A stretch of 64,000 nt of DNA from Octopus vulgaris (GCA_951406725.2 OX597817.1:97650001-97714000), one strand, 5' to 3'; positions 37,127 to 51,011 are shown, numbered from the stretch's first letter. Numbers and translations: made by a program. Notes: a model not told the origin generated them from the sequence alone.

Positions 37127-37410
37127 AGACCTGGTAGAAACAGCAGCCAAATCTCCCTCATATCACACCTTACTGTCTTATGTATGTATATATATATGAG
37201 CCAATGAGGGGGACCTCTACATGGTAGCTAGACCTGGTAGAAATAGCAGCCAAATTTCCCCCAAATCACACCTTACTGTCTTATCTATGTATATATGTAT
37301 GTATGAGCCTATGAGGGAGACCCCTACATGGCAGCTAGACATGGTAGAAATAGCAGCCAAATCTCCCTCAAATCACACCTTACTGTCTTATGTATGTATG
37401 TATATATATA
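37127..37410. repeat. Three tandem ~100-bp units
   Basis: agacctggtagaaa(c/t)agcagccaaatctccctca..tcacaccttactgtcttat at ~37127, ~37230 and ~37337. The motif also occurs in dispersed repeats at ~4000, ~12160 and ~49500. Confidence 0.85.
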
Positions 37411-37426
37411 TATATACAAGCCACTA

Positions 37427-37886
37427 AGGTTATTTAATGTAAAGTCTTCCTCAAATCACTCTCGCTATTTACTCTCTTCCAAGAACATTTTCACTCACTC
37501 TTATCTCTTAGCTTGCCATACATTTTACTCATGTATCTATCAGCGTGATAGACAGAAACAAATATTACATCGCCATCGCATTCTATTGTCTACCTGTCAA
37601 CACACACACAGTGAATTACTTTCATTTTATTCGCTGCACACTGTGTGTGTGCGTGTGCGTGTGGTGTAAACCACATTAAGAAAAGCATTTGACATACACA
37701 CCAGAATGTGAGTTTTCTGTAAATTTTGCTTAATTGGAGTTTAAATTTTAAAAACTGGACCTGGCATGACCCGATGCATTCTACTCTTAAAAATGCTAGG
37801 TAAATTGTAATTGAAGAAATCCTATATTGTAGATTTCTATAAGTTACAAAGGGAGGCAGATAAAATCTGCCTTTTATAATAAGAGA
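37427..37886 (-). mobile_element. Helitron-like 5' portion, duplicated at ~39150-39452
   Basis: Minus strand starts A|TCTCTTATTATA with hairpin aggcagat-aaa-atctgcct; ~270 bp near-identical to 39185-39452. Confidence 0.65.
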
Positions 37887-37896
37887 TATATATATA

Positions 37897-38279
37897 CTAG
37901 CAGTATCGCCCGGCGTTGCTCGGGTTGTAAGGGAAATAACTATATAAGCATTTTTAGAGAGTTATAGCCAAAAAATGCATTAAAAATTGAAAAAAAATTA
38001 AGGTAAATATTTTTTAAATCGTTGACACATCATAGATATTTTTAGAGAGTTACTTCCCTTATATAAAAGCTAAAAAAATGCATTAAAATGGAAAAATATG
38101 ATGGTAAATTTTTTTTAAATCGTAGACTCATCGTAGACGCACGCTAATACCCAGAAGGGCTCGATATGAATCACGACTATAAGATACCCGGTTTTGGTTA
38201 AACTGCACCGCAAAATGTGGGAGTAGTTAGGAATCTAAATCGTAGGAGACAGACACACAACTTCACTCTTATATAAAGA
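37897..38279 (-). mobile_element. Non-autonomous Helitron (sister of 35935-36330)
   Basis: Same TC start, same hairpin + CTAG end; the interior differs by an internal repeat. Confidence 0.85.
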
Positions 38280-38598
38280 TGCTTTTTTTTTTCAGTCATA
38301 GAGTTAGATTTATGAAGGTCTTCAGTAGAAAATCCTTCGAATTCTGACTCGCTGCTTGATATAATGAAATTCGTATCCATTTTTTGTCAGAATTACAAAT
38401 TTTGAAAACACAATAGGAACAAATTTCGGAAAAAAATCTCCCATAATTCACGGAATTAAAATTACACTTCGATTTTTGTACAAAACTGTAGTTGAAGTGT
38501 TTACGAAGTATAATACGTGTTTTCACGAATGTACTAAAGAGATTTGCTCTGATATTCTCATTTAAATATGAATAGGTAAATTCGGGCGGCTTGGTAAC
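38280..38598 (-). mobile_element. Fragment of the piggyBac family seen at 47116-48182
   Basis: Near-identical to ~47815-48125; terminal bases lost. Confidence 0.85.
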
Positions 38599-39491
38599 TA
38601 TATATAAGTGTCGTCTGTTTATACATAAACACTGTTTCATACTGCAATTATATATACATATATCTATATATAATATTATATAATAAAATATATACAGAGT
38701 AAAATAAAAACCAATTTACCTTTTCTGTCCTCCGTGTGTCTTTGCAAATGTGTTGGAATGATAAGTGAGTTGTGTTTTTGCGCCTTTTTTACTAATAACA
38801 AACACACACGTGTTTGTATGTAGTTGTATGTGTATGTAGTTGTATGTAGTTGTATATGTATGTGTATGTGTGTGTGTGAGGAATGACACACACACACTCA
38901 CGCACGCACACATGTACATCAATGCTTTCGGAGTGATATGTTAAAATATTGAGTTTTCTCGAATTTTGTCTTAATTGGGGGTGAAATTGAAAGAAATATA
39001 TTATGGCATGAGCGAATGGAGTACTTTGAAAAATCTTAGGTAAATTCTAATTGAAGAAGTTGTGTGAGGATTAAATGGTTATGTATTTATTTGTTTCTGT
39101 TTGCTGTGTTTTTTTATTTTTTGAGTAGTGGTTTAAACACTTTCAGTCTAGTCTTCCTCAAATCAATCACTCTGTCGCTATTTACTTTCATTTTATTCGT
39201 TGCCCACTGTGTGTGTGCGTTTGCGTGTGGTGTAAACCAGACTAAGAAAAGCATTTGACACACACACCAGAATGTGAGTTTTCTGTAAATTTTGCTTAAT
39301 TGGAGTTTAAATTTTAAAAACTGGACCTGGCATGACGCGATGCATTGTACTCTTAAAAATGCTAGGTAAATTGTAATTGAAGAAATCCTATATTGTAGAT
39401 TTGTATAACTCCCAAAGGGAGGCAGATAAAATCTGCCTTTTATAATAAGAGATATATATACACATACATAGATACATACATATATATATAT

Positions 39492-39702
39492 ATTTCTTTA
39501 TTGCCCACAAGGGTCTAAACACAGAGGGGACAAACAAGGACAGACAAAGGGATTAAGATGATTAGATCAACCCCAGTGCGTAACTGGTACTTTATTTATC
39601 AACCCCGAAAAGATGAAAGGTAAAGTCGACCCCAGCAGAATTTGAACTCAGAACGTAACGGCAGACGAAATACCGCTAAGCATTTCACCAGGCGTGCTAA
39701 CG

Positions 39703-39705
<3 letters not shown>
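39492..39705 (-). mobile_element. SINE family B
   Basis: Matches 32142-32360; flanked by (TA)n. Confidence 0.85.
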
Positions 39706-39749
<44 letters not shown>

Positions 39750-40313
39750 AAAGATAAGTGAGATTCAGTTGAAAAAAGACTAATTATAAATGAACCACAA
39801 TCCTTTACAAGCTATGACCCTAACAAACTTCATACAGAAGTGTAGTATATTCTTAGCTACATTAGTAGCAAAATAGACTATTTCCCTCTTCTTGCACTAT
39901 TAGAGAATTTGAGTAAAATTATATTAATGTGTCCAACTGATTAAAAATTCTATTTATTTATGCAGCTTAGGATAGCCCTGCATTTAAATTGGTGTAAGGA
40001 TTGCATTGTTCAATTTAATGGAGTCACTTGAAACAGTTGTACTGCATCACCTCTTGATATCCTGTTGCTTATTTTGATTATATATATGTGTCGGTGGCAC
40101 ATAAAATCACCCACTACACTCTTGGAGTGGTTGGCGTTAGGAAGGGCATCCAGCTGTAGAAACACTGCCAGATCTGACTGGCCTGGTGCAGCCTTCGGGC
40201 TCCCCAGACCCCAGTTGAACCGTCCAACCCATGCTAGCATGGAAAGCGGACGTTAAACGATGATGATGATGATATACATACATATATATACACATATACA
40301 TATATCCACATTT

Positions 40314-40374
<61 letters not shown>

Positions 40375-43300
40375 CATACACATACACATATATACATACA
40401 TATATACTTGGAAATGGATGCGTGGCATTCAATTACATAATATTAATATAATATATATATAGGCATATATACATACATGTACATACTGACATATATATGT
40501 ACATATATATAAATATGACGGCCTCTGATGAACACGTGTTTTTCTAAGCTCCTAGAAAATTGCCAAGAAATTTCTGAAAAGTTGCGATGGCTATTATAAA
40601 TAAAACCCAAGAAAGCCTTGAATGTCTTCCTGAATGACAAAGTATACACTTGAGGAAATATAAAGTGAAATATATTAAGCAGGCAGAATCTTTTGCAAAT
40701 GTAGGTATTATATACGTTGCAAATAACAACACGTAGATTTTACAAAATTTCTAAAATAACTGTGATTTTTGATCAGGAAAAAAAAAAATCATCTGAATAA
40801 CTTTTGAGTGAAAACATAACAAGACAAATTTAAAGAAAAACCATCTGGAATAATATAGAAGGGAAAAACAGAAAAAGTAAAAGCCCTTACGAATATACAA
40901 AACGTAAACACTGTCTCGTATTGAGCAGCACATATAACTTGAAAAGAAGTTCAAAATCTTCCACTGCCTTGGAAATACCCTTCTCTTTGGAAAAACTAGA
41001 TAAGTGTCTGTGTATTTTGTCATTTATTGAAGGCATATATTAGGGGAAAGTAGAAGGTTAAATTTACATAAAGTCTTTTCTCTGTTTTGCTTTTGACTTA
41101 CAAGATTTTTGATTTTTGTAGAGAGGTTTAACTTTCATTACTCCTGATTTAAGAGAATTTCCGTAGTTACAGATAGGTATATATTTATTTGTTCCTTTAA
41201 TGATTTTTCCCTATCCAAGTAGAATCCTTTTCAAGAGTTTGCATAACTTTTCTCTCTTTCTCTCTCTCTTCTCCATCATACCATCATTTCCCCTTTCATT
41301 ATTGCCTCTCTCTAAATATGTAGACACACACTCTCTCTCTCTCTCTCTATCTCTTTACTTCACTCCATCATCTCATAATTCTTCTCTCAGACTCTTAATC
41401 TCTCTTCTACTGTTTTCTCTCTCTATAAATAGGCGGTGGAAAGTTCCAAGGGGCTGTTGAAGAAAAGTGGGGTGATGATGGGGTAGCGATTCATGTAAAA
41501 ATTGGGGTGATAATGGGGGGAAATTCATGTAAAGACAACAAAATAATGGGTTCATTAGGTTAAGTTTTATTTGTGAAATACAGTTGGTTTGAATTTGCTT
41601 CAGAAAGATGTCTTTGCTTGTGATGGTTAGTTGGATAGGGGGTGCTGGGAATGTGGCTTGGGTGTCAAGGGGGTCTCTCATTTTCAATATTCTGGGAAAA
41701 CATGCCTGGCCATGGGGAAATATTGCCTCAGTTGGAAACAGGTGAGGGTTGGTAACAGGAGGGGCATCCAGCCATAGAAAATCAGCATCAATAAACTCTG
41801 ATCCATACAAGCATGGAAAAGTGTATGTTAAAATGATGATGATGCTGTTGATGAAATATTGGTAAGCTACAAACAGCTAAGTTTGACTGATTGAACGATA
41901 AAGTTGTGGTTGTATGTGCATGTATATGTATGGCCATGTGGGGATTTTAGCAGCAGCTTGTGATAGACCATGTGTTTATTTATTTATAATTTTAAGTATA
42001 CTCCAGTTATTCAATAATTTTCACATTATAGAATTAGATCAAAGCAATCTACTTTAGCTGGTAATTAGCTAAAATCTGTTTGGTTTTTTTTTATCATCTA
42101 ATGAATGTGTATGTGTGTTCTGGATTTTGTCTTTGGAATATAGATGTAGAGTGGGAAGAGAGGATGGAAAGATGAGGGGGAACAAAATAAAAGTCAAGGG
42201 GAAATAGACCCCCACTCTTGCCTGTATCATCATCATCCTGTTAATGTTCACTTTCCCAAGTTCATATTAATTGGACAGAATTTGTTAAGGTGTATTTTCT
42301 ATGGCTGGATGCTTTTCTAATTGCCAACCTTCTCTTGTTTCCGATTGAAGTAGTATCTCTCCATGATCAGAAATGTTTTCGCAAAATATGAGAAGCGGTA
42401 AATCTCGGTATTAACCCTTTAGTGTTTAGATTACTGCATGCAAAGGAATGATATTTATCTGTTCACATTACTTTGAATTAATCATGCATTATCTTGTAGC
42501 TTTAAGTTTTTGATGAAGACTGCAAACACCCGACAAATGAAGTGAGTTCATGGCTCACAGAACTGCCTGCTGTGCTAACCTTGGATCATAGAAAGACCCG
42601 CTGTGCTTGAGGAGACCTATTGAGTCAAGTACGTCAACATCAACACCAAAATAAAAATTAAATGGAAATTGTAGTTATGATACCCGTGCCGGTGGCATGT
42701 AAAAAGCACCAACCGATCATGGCCGTTTTCCAGCCTACTCTGGCTCCTGTGCCAGTGCCACATAAAAAGCAACCACTATACTCACGGAGTGGTTGGCATT
42801 AGGAAGGGCATCCAGCTGTAGAAAACCTGCCAGATCAGGCTCGAGCCTGGCGCAGCCTCCTGGCTTCCCAGACCCTGGTCGAACTGTCCAACCCATGCTA
42901 GCATGCAAAACGGACGTTAAACGATGCTGATGATGATGATGATGAAATACAGACAAACACACTCTCTCTTTCTCTTTTTCTTTACTTTTCTCCATCGCAC
43001 CGTTCTTCTCTCAGCCCCTCAAACTCCTTAAATATAGTATATATATGTATATATATATGTGTGTGTGTATTGACACACTCTTTCTCTCTTTTCTCTATTT
43101 TTCACTTCTCTCTAACACAGTCTTTCTTCTCTCAGTCAGACCCTCAACCTCTATTATAAGTACATACCCCCTCTCTCTCTGTCTCTTCACTTCTCTCTGT
43201 CACACTGTCTTTCTTCTCTCAGCCTCTCAATCTGCCTAAATATAGACACAAACATTCTCTCTCTCACTCTCTCTCTTTTTCTTCCTCTCTTCTCTCAGCC

Positions 43301-43379
43301 GCTCAATCTCTCTAAATATATAGACACACTGTTAAATTTTTTAAAAATAAATAGATAAATAAATAAAATATCCATAAAA

Positions 43380-44060
43380 ATGTCCAGAACTTGGAGGAGC
43401 ATGGAAATGGCATTGTTTTTGAGAGCTTGGCGCTGTGCTGAAGGAGATAACCCAAACAACATAATCACAGCTGCGCTGAAGAGCAATGGTTACACCAGAA
43501 CATTAGCACAGATAGAACGAAAGAAGCATGAGTTTACACGCGCCTATGCTCTCATACAATCCCATAAAAGCACTCTTGATGCCATCTTTGATAATGAACA
43601 AAGCAAAGATGACAAGGACGAAGGCACGGATGCAGATGAAAGATGTCACCCCCACCTGGTAGACACTCAAGAAAACAAAGAAGATTCAAGCGAGAAACCT
43701 GCCCGGAAAGTAAACCCAAGTGCAAGTGCCCCTACCAGCATCAAAACAAAAATCCATGGAGGTGAAAGAGCCAAGAAAGAAGAACTAAAAGAAGAAAAAA
43801 CTAATAGAAAAACAAAAGATGAAACAGCCAAGGAAAGAAGCAAACCTGACTATCCATATAACAAAAAGGATAAAAAGAGACAGCACACACGAATGTGCAA
43901 ATTCTACCTGAAAGGTGTCTGCTGGCATGGAGAAGACGGTGCAGGCTGCCGTTTTGCACACCAAAGACCATGCCACATAAACATGAAACAGGGTGGAAAC
44001 CATCTGCCAAAGGAAAGGACTATGTACTACCTGCCCCACAACAGAGGTACGCAGATGTAG
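43380..44060 (+). CDS. LINE ORF1-like protein: Myb/SANT (trihelix)-like N-terminus + CCCH zinc finger
   Basis: 'TWRSMEMALFLRAW..ITAALKSNGYTRTLAQIERKKHEFTRAY' and 'CKFYLKGVCWHGEDGAGCRFAH'; 226-aa open frame directly upstream of the APE region. Confidence 0.7.
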   Translation: MSRTWRSMEMALFLRAWRCAEGDNPNNIITAALKSNGYTRTLAQIERKKHEFTRAYALIQSHKSTLDAIFDNEQSKDDKDEGTDADERCHPHLVDTQENKEDSSEKPARKVNPSASAPTSIKTKIHGGERAKKEELKEEKTNRKTKDETAKERSKPDYPYNKKDKKRQHTRMCKFYLKGVCWHGEDGAGCRFAHQRPCHINMKQGGNHLPKERTMYYLPHNRGTQM

Positions 44061-46755
44061 TGCATGCTACAAACCAAATCTATCAACATGTTATTGAAAG
44101 GGCAGCTGCTGAACAACAATCTTTTTTGTGCATGGCACAAAAGATTGTACGGCAGCTGACCTGGCTCCATCAATCTCACAGACAGGACTATTCACAATAC
44201 ACAAGACCACGACAGCAAACAGACCCAAGGTGGGCACCACTAGCAACAACACAGACATCACATCGGTGCTCATACTGAACATCAGAGGACTGCTAACACT
44301 CAGTAACAGGACAAAAATCCCTTTCTTGAGAGACCTTGTTGCATGCAATCAAGCTTTATGCATAGCACTTACGGAAACACACCTTAAACCAAATATAGCA
44401 AATGCAGAATACACATACCACAGTATGTTGTATTATGGACCGACAAGAAAGAAAGGTGTCATGGTGGAGTTTCTATGTACATCCGCAAAGACCTCACACC
44501 CCAGGTCCCTTTGTCACACTCAAATTCAGTATGTGACATACTAATTGTACATATAAGACAACTCGATGTAGTTATATGTGCTACATATCACCCTCCAGAT
44601 GCTCCAAATCATGTAAGCAAGTTTGAAGACTGCCTTACAAAAATAGAAGTTCTAGTCACATTAGCACAACACAGGAATGACACGATGTGAACAAGGACAG
44701 GTGATGTCCCTCCTGAACTTCATCAACACTTTGTACATGGAACAAATAGTACTCCAACCAACCAGGGCAGGTAACATACTGGATCTCTGCTTCACAAATA
44801 ATATGGATCTCATCCATAATGTGAAAGTGACACTGATGCTATTCTGGGATCACAACATGGTAGAGCTGACCAAAGGAAAGCATGGACATTTAGCCTACAA
44901 GAAACTCTCAGGATCTTTCCAGCTTGAACTTCCATAAGACAAACTGGAAACAAATTGAGAAAGAGATCCTCTAACAAAACTGGCCTAAATGTCTCTACTC
45001 ACTTGACATCGACATGAAACTTCAACAATTCATGTCTGTAATGTAAGCCATATGCTACAAATGTGTCCCAGAGAGAAAGGCCACTGTACACAAGAACAAA
45101 ATCACAAACAAATTGAAAGCAGTGAAGAGTCCCGCCTGAAAATACAACTGCTGGAGATTGAGAAAAATCTGCAACTCTCCCATGAAAAAGAAAGAGCAGA
45201 CAAAGAATCTTGGGCTATAGACAATATAAAATCTAACCCCAGAGCTTTCTACAAGTTTGCCAAAGAAACAGCTTCGGTGCACTGCAGGATAGGGCCACTC
45301 CTCGAAAAAGATGGTACACTCACAGGAAATCCAATGAGAATAAGTGAAATACTAAATGAGCAATTCAAAAGTATTTTCACTCCACCCCTTGGGCACTTGC
45401 AAGTCAGCAATCCAACTGACTTCTTTACCACTGCAGATACAAAAAACAGAGGCAATGATGATTGATTACATCAATATAAAGGAAGATGATGTAATAAGGG
45501 CTATAGATGAAATGAACCCAAACTCAGCTACTGGCCCTGCTTGATTCCCAGCAATCCTTCTAAAAGTATGTAAGCGAGTCCTAGCAAGACCACAGCAGTC
45601 CCTCTTTCAGAGCTTCCTTGCAACTGGCAAACTTCCAAGAAAACTGAAGGCGGGGTAAAATATGCCCATTTCATAAAGGAGGTAGCAGAGTGGAGGCCAA
45701 GAACTATAGACCTATCTCTCTGACCTCACACATCAGCATGGTCATGGAATGAATAGTCAGAAGAAAACTAATCGCCTTCCTTGAAGAAAATAACTTGCTG
45801 CCTGACACCCAACATGGTTTCTGACCAGGAACAAGCTGCCTAACTCAGCTCTTACAACACTATGACTGGGTGCTGAAACAGCTGCTCAACCACTTGAATG
45901 TGGAAGTGATATATCTCGACTTTGCAAAGGCCTTTGATAAAGTCAATCATGGAATGATATGTCACAAACTGCGTGATATTGGCATAACTGGAAAATAGAG
46001 AGAATGGCTTCATGACTTTCTGAAGGATAGAAGTCGGGTGGTAGTAGCCAATAGGACCACCCACAATGACACGTAAATAGTGAGCAGTGTTCCACATGAG
46101 TAATGATGCAACCTTTTATGTGCCTGTTGCTGAATTGGCAATGAAATGCAGGCGGCTGACCGGATAGATTCTTAGAACTTTTAGAACAAGAGACCAGGAA
46201 ACTATGATGGTCCTCTGGAGGACACTTGTCCTAAGCCACTTTGACTATTGCTCTCAGCTATGGTCACCAACCAGTGTTAAATTAATCTCAGAACTTGAGA
46301 CAATCCAACGAAGCCACATGAAGAAAATAGCCTCTATGCAGCATAGAAGCTATTGGGAAAGACTCAAGAGATTAAGACTCTATTCCTTAGAGCATAGATA
46401 AGAATGATATGCCATAATATACATCTGGAAGATCATGGAAGGACTTGTCCTAAACTTTGGCATCAAAAGTTACACAAATACTAGAACTGGGTGCCACTGC
46501 AAAGTGCCAAGGACTCCAAATTTGCCATCAAGATGTAGGACAAGATACTGCAATAGCCTGGGCTTCAGAGGTCCACAGCCCTTCAATATCAACCCGAAGG
46601 ACCTGAGAGACCTGCATGGGGTGGATGTAGGTGTCTTCAACATAAAGCTGGACCTCTTCCTGTCAGGTGTCCCAGATGAACCAACTTCGCGGCAGGAGGT
46701 GCAGATGTGGGCAGCTGCATCAAACTCTCTCGTACACCAAATGTCAATTGCTAAA
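43380..46755 (+). mobile_element. Near full-length decayed CR1-group LINE (ORF1, APE endonuclease, RT with internal deletion)
   Basis: APE 'LNIRGL..IALTETHL..PTRAGNILDLCFTN..DHNMV'; RT 'NYRPISLTSHI..QHGF.PGTSCLTQLL..IYLDFAKAFDKVNH'; YADD region missing after ~46097; C-terminus 'LSHFDYCSQLWSP..LETIQR..SYWERLKRLRLYSLE'. Confidence 0.9.
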
Positions 46756-47115
46756 AAGCATATATATATACACACACACACATACATACTATCTGATATA
46801 CAGAAATAGTGTAAATGAGATTACTACGCAGCAGCTCTTCTCAGACTCTTAACTAATATCCACTTTCGTTTAGTAGCAATTCTCCACATGTACACCCTTG
46901 CTAACAAATGCTACTGTTGCAGAGGACACGTTTATTGATTGTATAGAAAATACTCACTAATTTTGACAATATCTTTTCAATTATACTTTTGTTTATTTTT
47001 TATAATTTACTTCCCTAGGTGGTATATATTTAGCTTTGATTAGCAATTCACACTTTGAAATCTCTTCTTTTTGTTATGATTGTAGTTTTGAAGCATTTAT
47101 CAACATTACACTTAA

Positions 47116-48182
47116 CCCTTTCGTTACTATATTTCTGACCAAAATATGTGTTTCAATTAATTTCTAACGTAATCATAAATTTAGTCTGGTTTCATTAAAC
47201 AACTATAACTTTTTTTATTTATCAATATATTAACATGAATTTTGGAAGATAATTTAATGAAATGTTCTCAACCAATTCTATACTATAATTTTTGTCACAA
47301 AGTGACTCTAATTGCAGGTAGATACAGGTAAATTCAACAATATATAAAATTATTAAAATTTTGTTCAAACATCGCTATAGAAAATGGGTTATTAGCTAAT
47401 ATTCAATTGGGTATACAACAAAATTTTACGATAGAATTTGTTATTCTGGGTAACTTTCTGATACCCATAATAATATTTATGGCAAAATAGGCCTTAATTT
47501 CATTTAAGGTTGTGGGAAATAACTAACTATCCTTTCTTTTGCTTTGTTTACGTTTAGCGTAACGGTTCGTTTCCGCCGTAATGATTTCAAATAGGCTCAT
47601 TCGAAAAAGTAAAAAGAAATAGTCTAAGGCTTTACTCTTCTGGGAAAGTCTGTGGCTTGGTCCAGTTTCTTCAGAAAAATCACCGAAAGAAACAGTTTTT
47701 AAATTTTCACTCCATTCAGGTGCCAATTCATTTTCTTTATCGCTGTCGGAGCACTCGGATTCACTGTTTTCACTTTCGGAAAATGAAACATCAGATTCAT
47801 TATCAAATACCACATGCTTTTTTTTTCAGTCATAGAGTTAGATTTATGAAGGTCTTCAGTAGAAAATCCTTCGAATTCTGACTTGCTGCTTGATATAATG
47901 AAATTCGTATCAATTTTTTGTCAGAATTACAAATTTTGAAAACACAATAGGAACAAATTTCGGAAAAAAATCTCCCATAATTCACGGAATTAAAATTACA
48001 CTTCGATTTTTGTACAAAACTGTAGTTGAACTGTTTACGAAGTATAATACGTGTTTTCACGAATGTACTAAAGAGATTTACTCTGATATTCTCATTTAAA
48101 TATGAATAGGTAAATTCGGGCGGTTTGGGGCGGCTTGGTCACATTAACAAAATTTTTTTTGGGCGGTTTGGTAACGAAAGGG
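47116..48182 (-). mobile_element. Internally deleted piggyBac transposon
   Basis: TTAA|ccctttcgttac ... gtaacgaaaggg|TTAA. Acidic N-terminus plus 'TGP..ALDYFFLLF..LFEIITAETNRYA' (47523-47813). Confidence 0.95.
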
Positions 48183-48849
48183 TTAAATTTATTATAAAAA
48201 TTAACATTTAAATAAAAGACAAAGAATATAAAGCTATAAATGCATTATTATCTTCCCCACTGCCCTCTGTAGCTATAAAAAAATTTCCATTATTCTTCCC
48301 AGTGTCACCCAGTAGAGAAAGCTACACAGTGCACCCAATGTAAGCTAAGGATACACAAGAGAAGTAGTGAGTTTACAGGCAGACTGATAAAGACTGTGTG
48401 TAGCAGATGCATAAGAGTAGTTAGTAGTAAAAGCACTACCTTTTGCTCCTCATGAACTGAATGGTCTTCTGAAATCATCCCGCTATATATAAGTTCTCTC
48501 ATTGCCCCATAAACTATATAACCAATATTTAAACCCTTAATCTAAATCTAGCACTAATATGACATTTCCTAAGAACTTAAGAGAACATCTGGATATGGAA
48601 GTGATAGTATGTAAGATTATCAATAGTTATAATGCTTTGGCAAAAAGCAATAGAGATAAAGATCATTTTAATAGATTCAACAAAATAATTACCAATAATA
48701 TAAGAGAAAGTCAAGTCTTTAAATGCCTTAATTACAAAATAAATGGAGTTTGTGTCCTGTCACGAGGAACTTGATCAGAGTTTATTTTAATACCCAACTT
48801 TTACACTCATTCATTTTTACTACATACCAATGTAATTTGCAAGATAGGC

Positions 48850-49100
48850 GTGCTAAGCAGTGACATGTACAAATGCAATGTTATTTCCATTTCAAATATG
48901 CCAGTGGCAGATTCACTCCAAAATGCTTGCATCTCACAGTCTGGATAGGTGGTGCTGCAAGCTAATTTAGGTGTATTTACATCATTTGTTTACAGCAAAA
49001 AATTTTCTCCATGACAAAACAATGACTGGCTTGTTTATGAGTTCGAACTACTACTACCATATTCAAACTGATAACATTGCAATGTAATTTGCCTTCTCTG
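48850..49100 (+). repeat. Older diverged copy of the element forming the 54483-54860 palindrome
   Basis: ctccaaaatgct..ggtgctg..ttctccatgacaaaaca..tgataacattgcaat, preceded by a short inverted end (taagcagtga..tgcaatgttat). Confidence 0.7.
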
Positions 49101-49659
49101 AACTGTAAACTTTTAATATCCATCTCTCACATCAATGAAATGATGTGAGTGAACTTGTATTAAACAAGGTCATTATAAAAACAGTAAAGAGTACAATGAA
49201 TGTATTTAGGCAATTTAGAACATCAAGTAGAGAGAAGTTTCTTTCCATATATTTATAGGAAATAACAATTTAGACAGAGTGAGGAAACAAAAGGTGGAAA
49301 AGTGAAAGAAGTTGAGATGACAAGAAAAATTTAGGGATAGTCATTGTTAAACCGAAGGTCAATTCCGATCAAACAAACCTATGATGAAAGAAGTTGCAGA
49401 TAACATCATCCAGTTTTTCTTTTCAGAAGTCAGTAGGACTATATTATCTAATGTGTTAAGGAAAAGTCCTTAAGAGGGCTGGGTGCAAATTTGAAATAGA
49501 TGTGACTGCTATTTCTAGTAGAGAAAGCAATTGCATTGAGGCTCGGGGAGAAAAAGAAGGATTGGAAGAGAGATGAAGGAGGAAAAAGAAGTTAAAAACA
49601 GGAGAAAGAAAACAATAGAAACATTTAGATCTGAACAGTAAACTGAAAACAAAATAGTT

Positions 49660-49882
49660 GAATCCTTTAGCATTCAGATTATTCTGTCAAATGTTATGCT
49701 TATTTATTCACATTCTTTTGAATTAATCATTCCTTATCTCATAGCTTCAAGACCTTTGTTTTTGTGATTGCTTACTTTTAAAATGTCATTATAGGGTTGG
49801 TGTGAGAGACCAGATCTGACTGGTTTGAACTTAAAACATAGACTATTTGGGCTGGATATAGCCAGTTTAAATGCTGAAGGAA
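49660..49882. mobile_element. piggyBac-like MITE, diverged (partial copy at 42411)
   Basis: aatcctttagcatt...aatgctgaagg; the copy at 42411 begins ttaaccctttag. Confidence 0.55.
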
Positions 49883-50308
49883 CTGCTTCATTAAATATTG
49901 TAATGTCTACTATAGATCTGACTGGGCTGAGCTGACTAGGGACATACAACAACATCAGTGATTCACTAAATACTATCTCAGACTCAATTCAAATTGTGCT
50001 AGTAAAATAAAAACCAGTAATATCCTAGGATAGAGTCAGTTCTGTATACCTGTCACCCTAAACCAAAATAGGCTGTCTAATGAAATATTTACTACTACTA
50101 CTACTACTGAGAAAATTAATACAAAGCCTAATGTGGACTATCTGAAAACTTGAGTGTTTTAAACAGCATACAGTATATTATTTAAACTGGTCCAGCACAG
50201 TTTTTTAATCTGTACCATAGAGAAGTAACCTGTGTGCATATGTGTTTGTGTGTGTGTGTGTGCATGTATGTATGTGTGCACGCAAAATTATGTTTGTATG
50301 TATATGTA

Positions 50309-50353
<45 letters not shown>

Positions 50354-50390
50354 TAGCATGGAAAACGAATGCTAAACGATGATGATGATA

Positions 50391-51011
50391 ATATAAATTG
50401 GATATGGGCGATCGTTGTATTCTTTCTTGTCTTGAGGTTCACAGCCAAACGGCTGGGTGGATTCATGTGAAAAATGGCACACATATGCAGACGGGTGTAT
50501 ACATTGGAATGTGGTTTTATTTTTTTCCTAGCCCCCATACTTACTGAGAAAATGGATTAAAACTTTTTCGAATGGAATTCCCGTTTGTTCCGCCATTGAA
50601 ACAACCAGTTACTCACACAGCCGGCATATACCATTTCACTAGCAACAAGGGGAGTACAGGATGACAGTCAGCCAACACTTTAGCTATGCTGTCTCTCTTC
50701 TTCTTCTCTCACATACACACACGCACGCACACACATACACTTGCACACACACACACACACATCCATTTCATATACCTTCTTTCAATTTCTGTTCTTAGCA
50801 AATAATATTTTTTACGGATACAACTATTTACAAAAATAGGGATTAATATATAATGTCTTTCTGTGTTCATAATTAAATCAATGTTTTAATGATTACACAG
50901 AGGTCCAATACAATAGTTCTCAGAAACAGACTACGTACAAATACGTCAATCATCACGACACACACGTTCACATCATCCAAACAGACTGGGTGAAACCGGG
51001 CTTAGCTGCTA

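Noticed and set aside
40520-40575. CTGATGA motif
   Set aside because: No stem II closing onto a GAAA; not supportable as a ribozyme.
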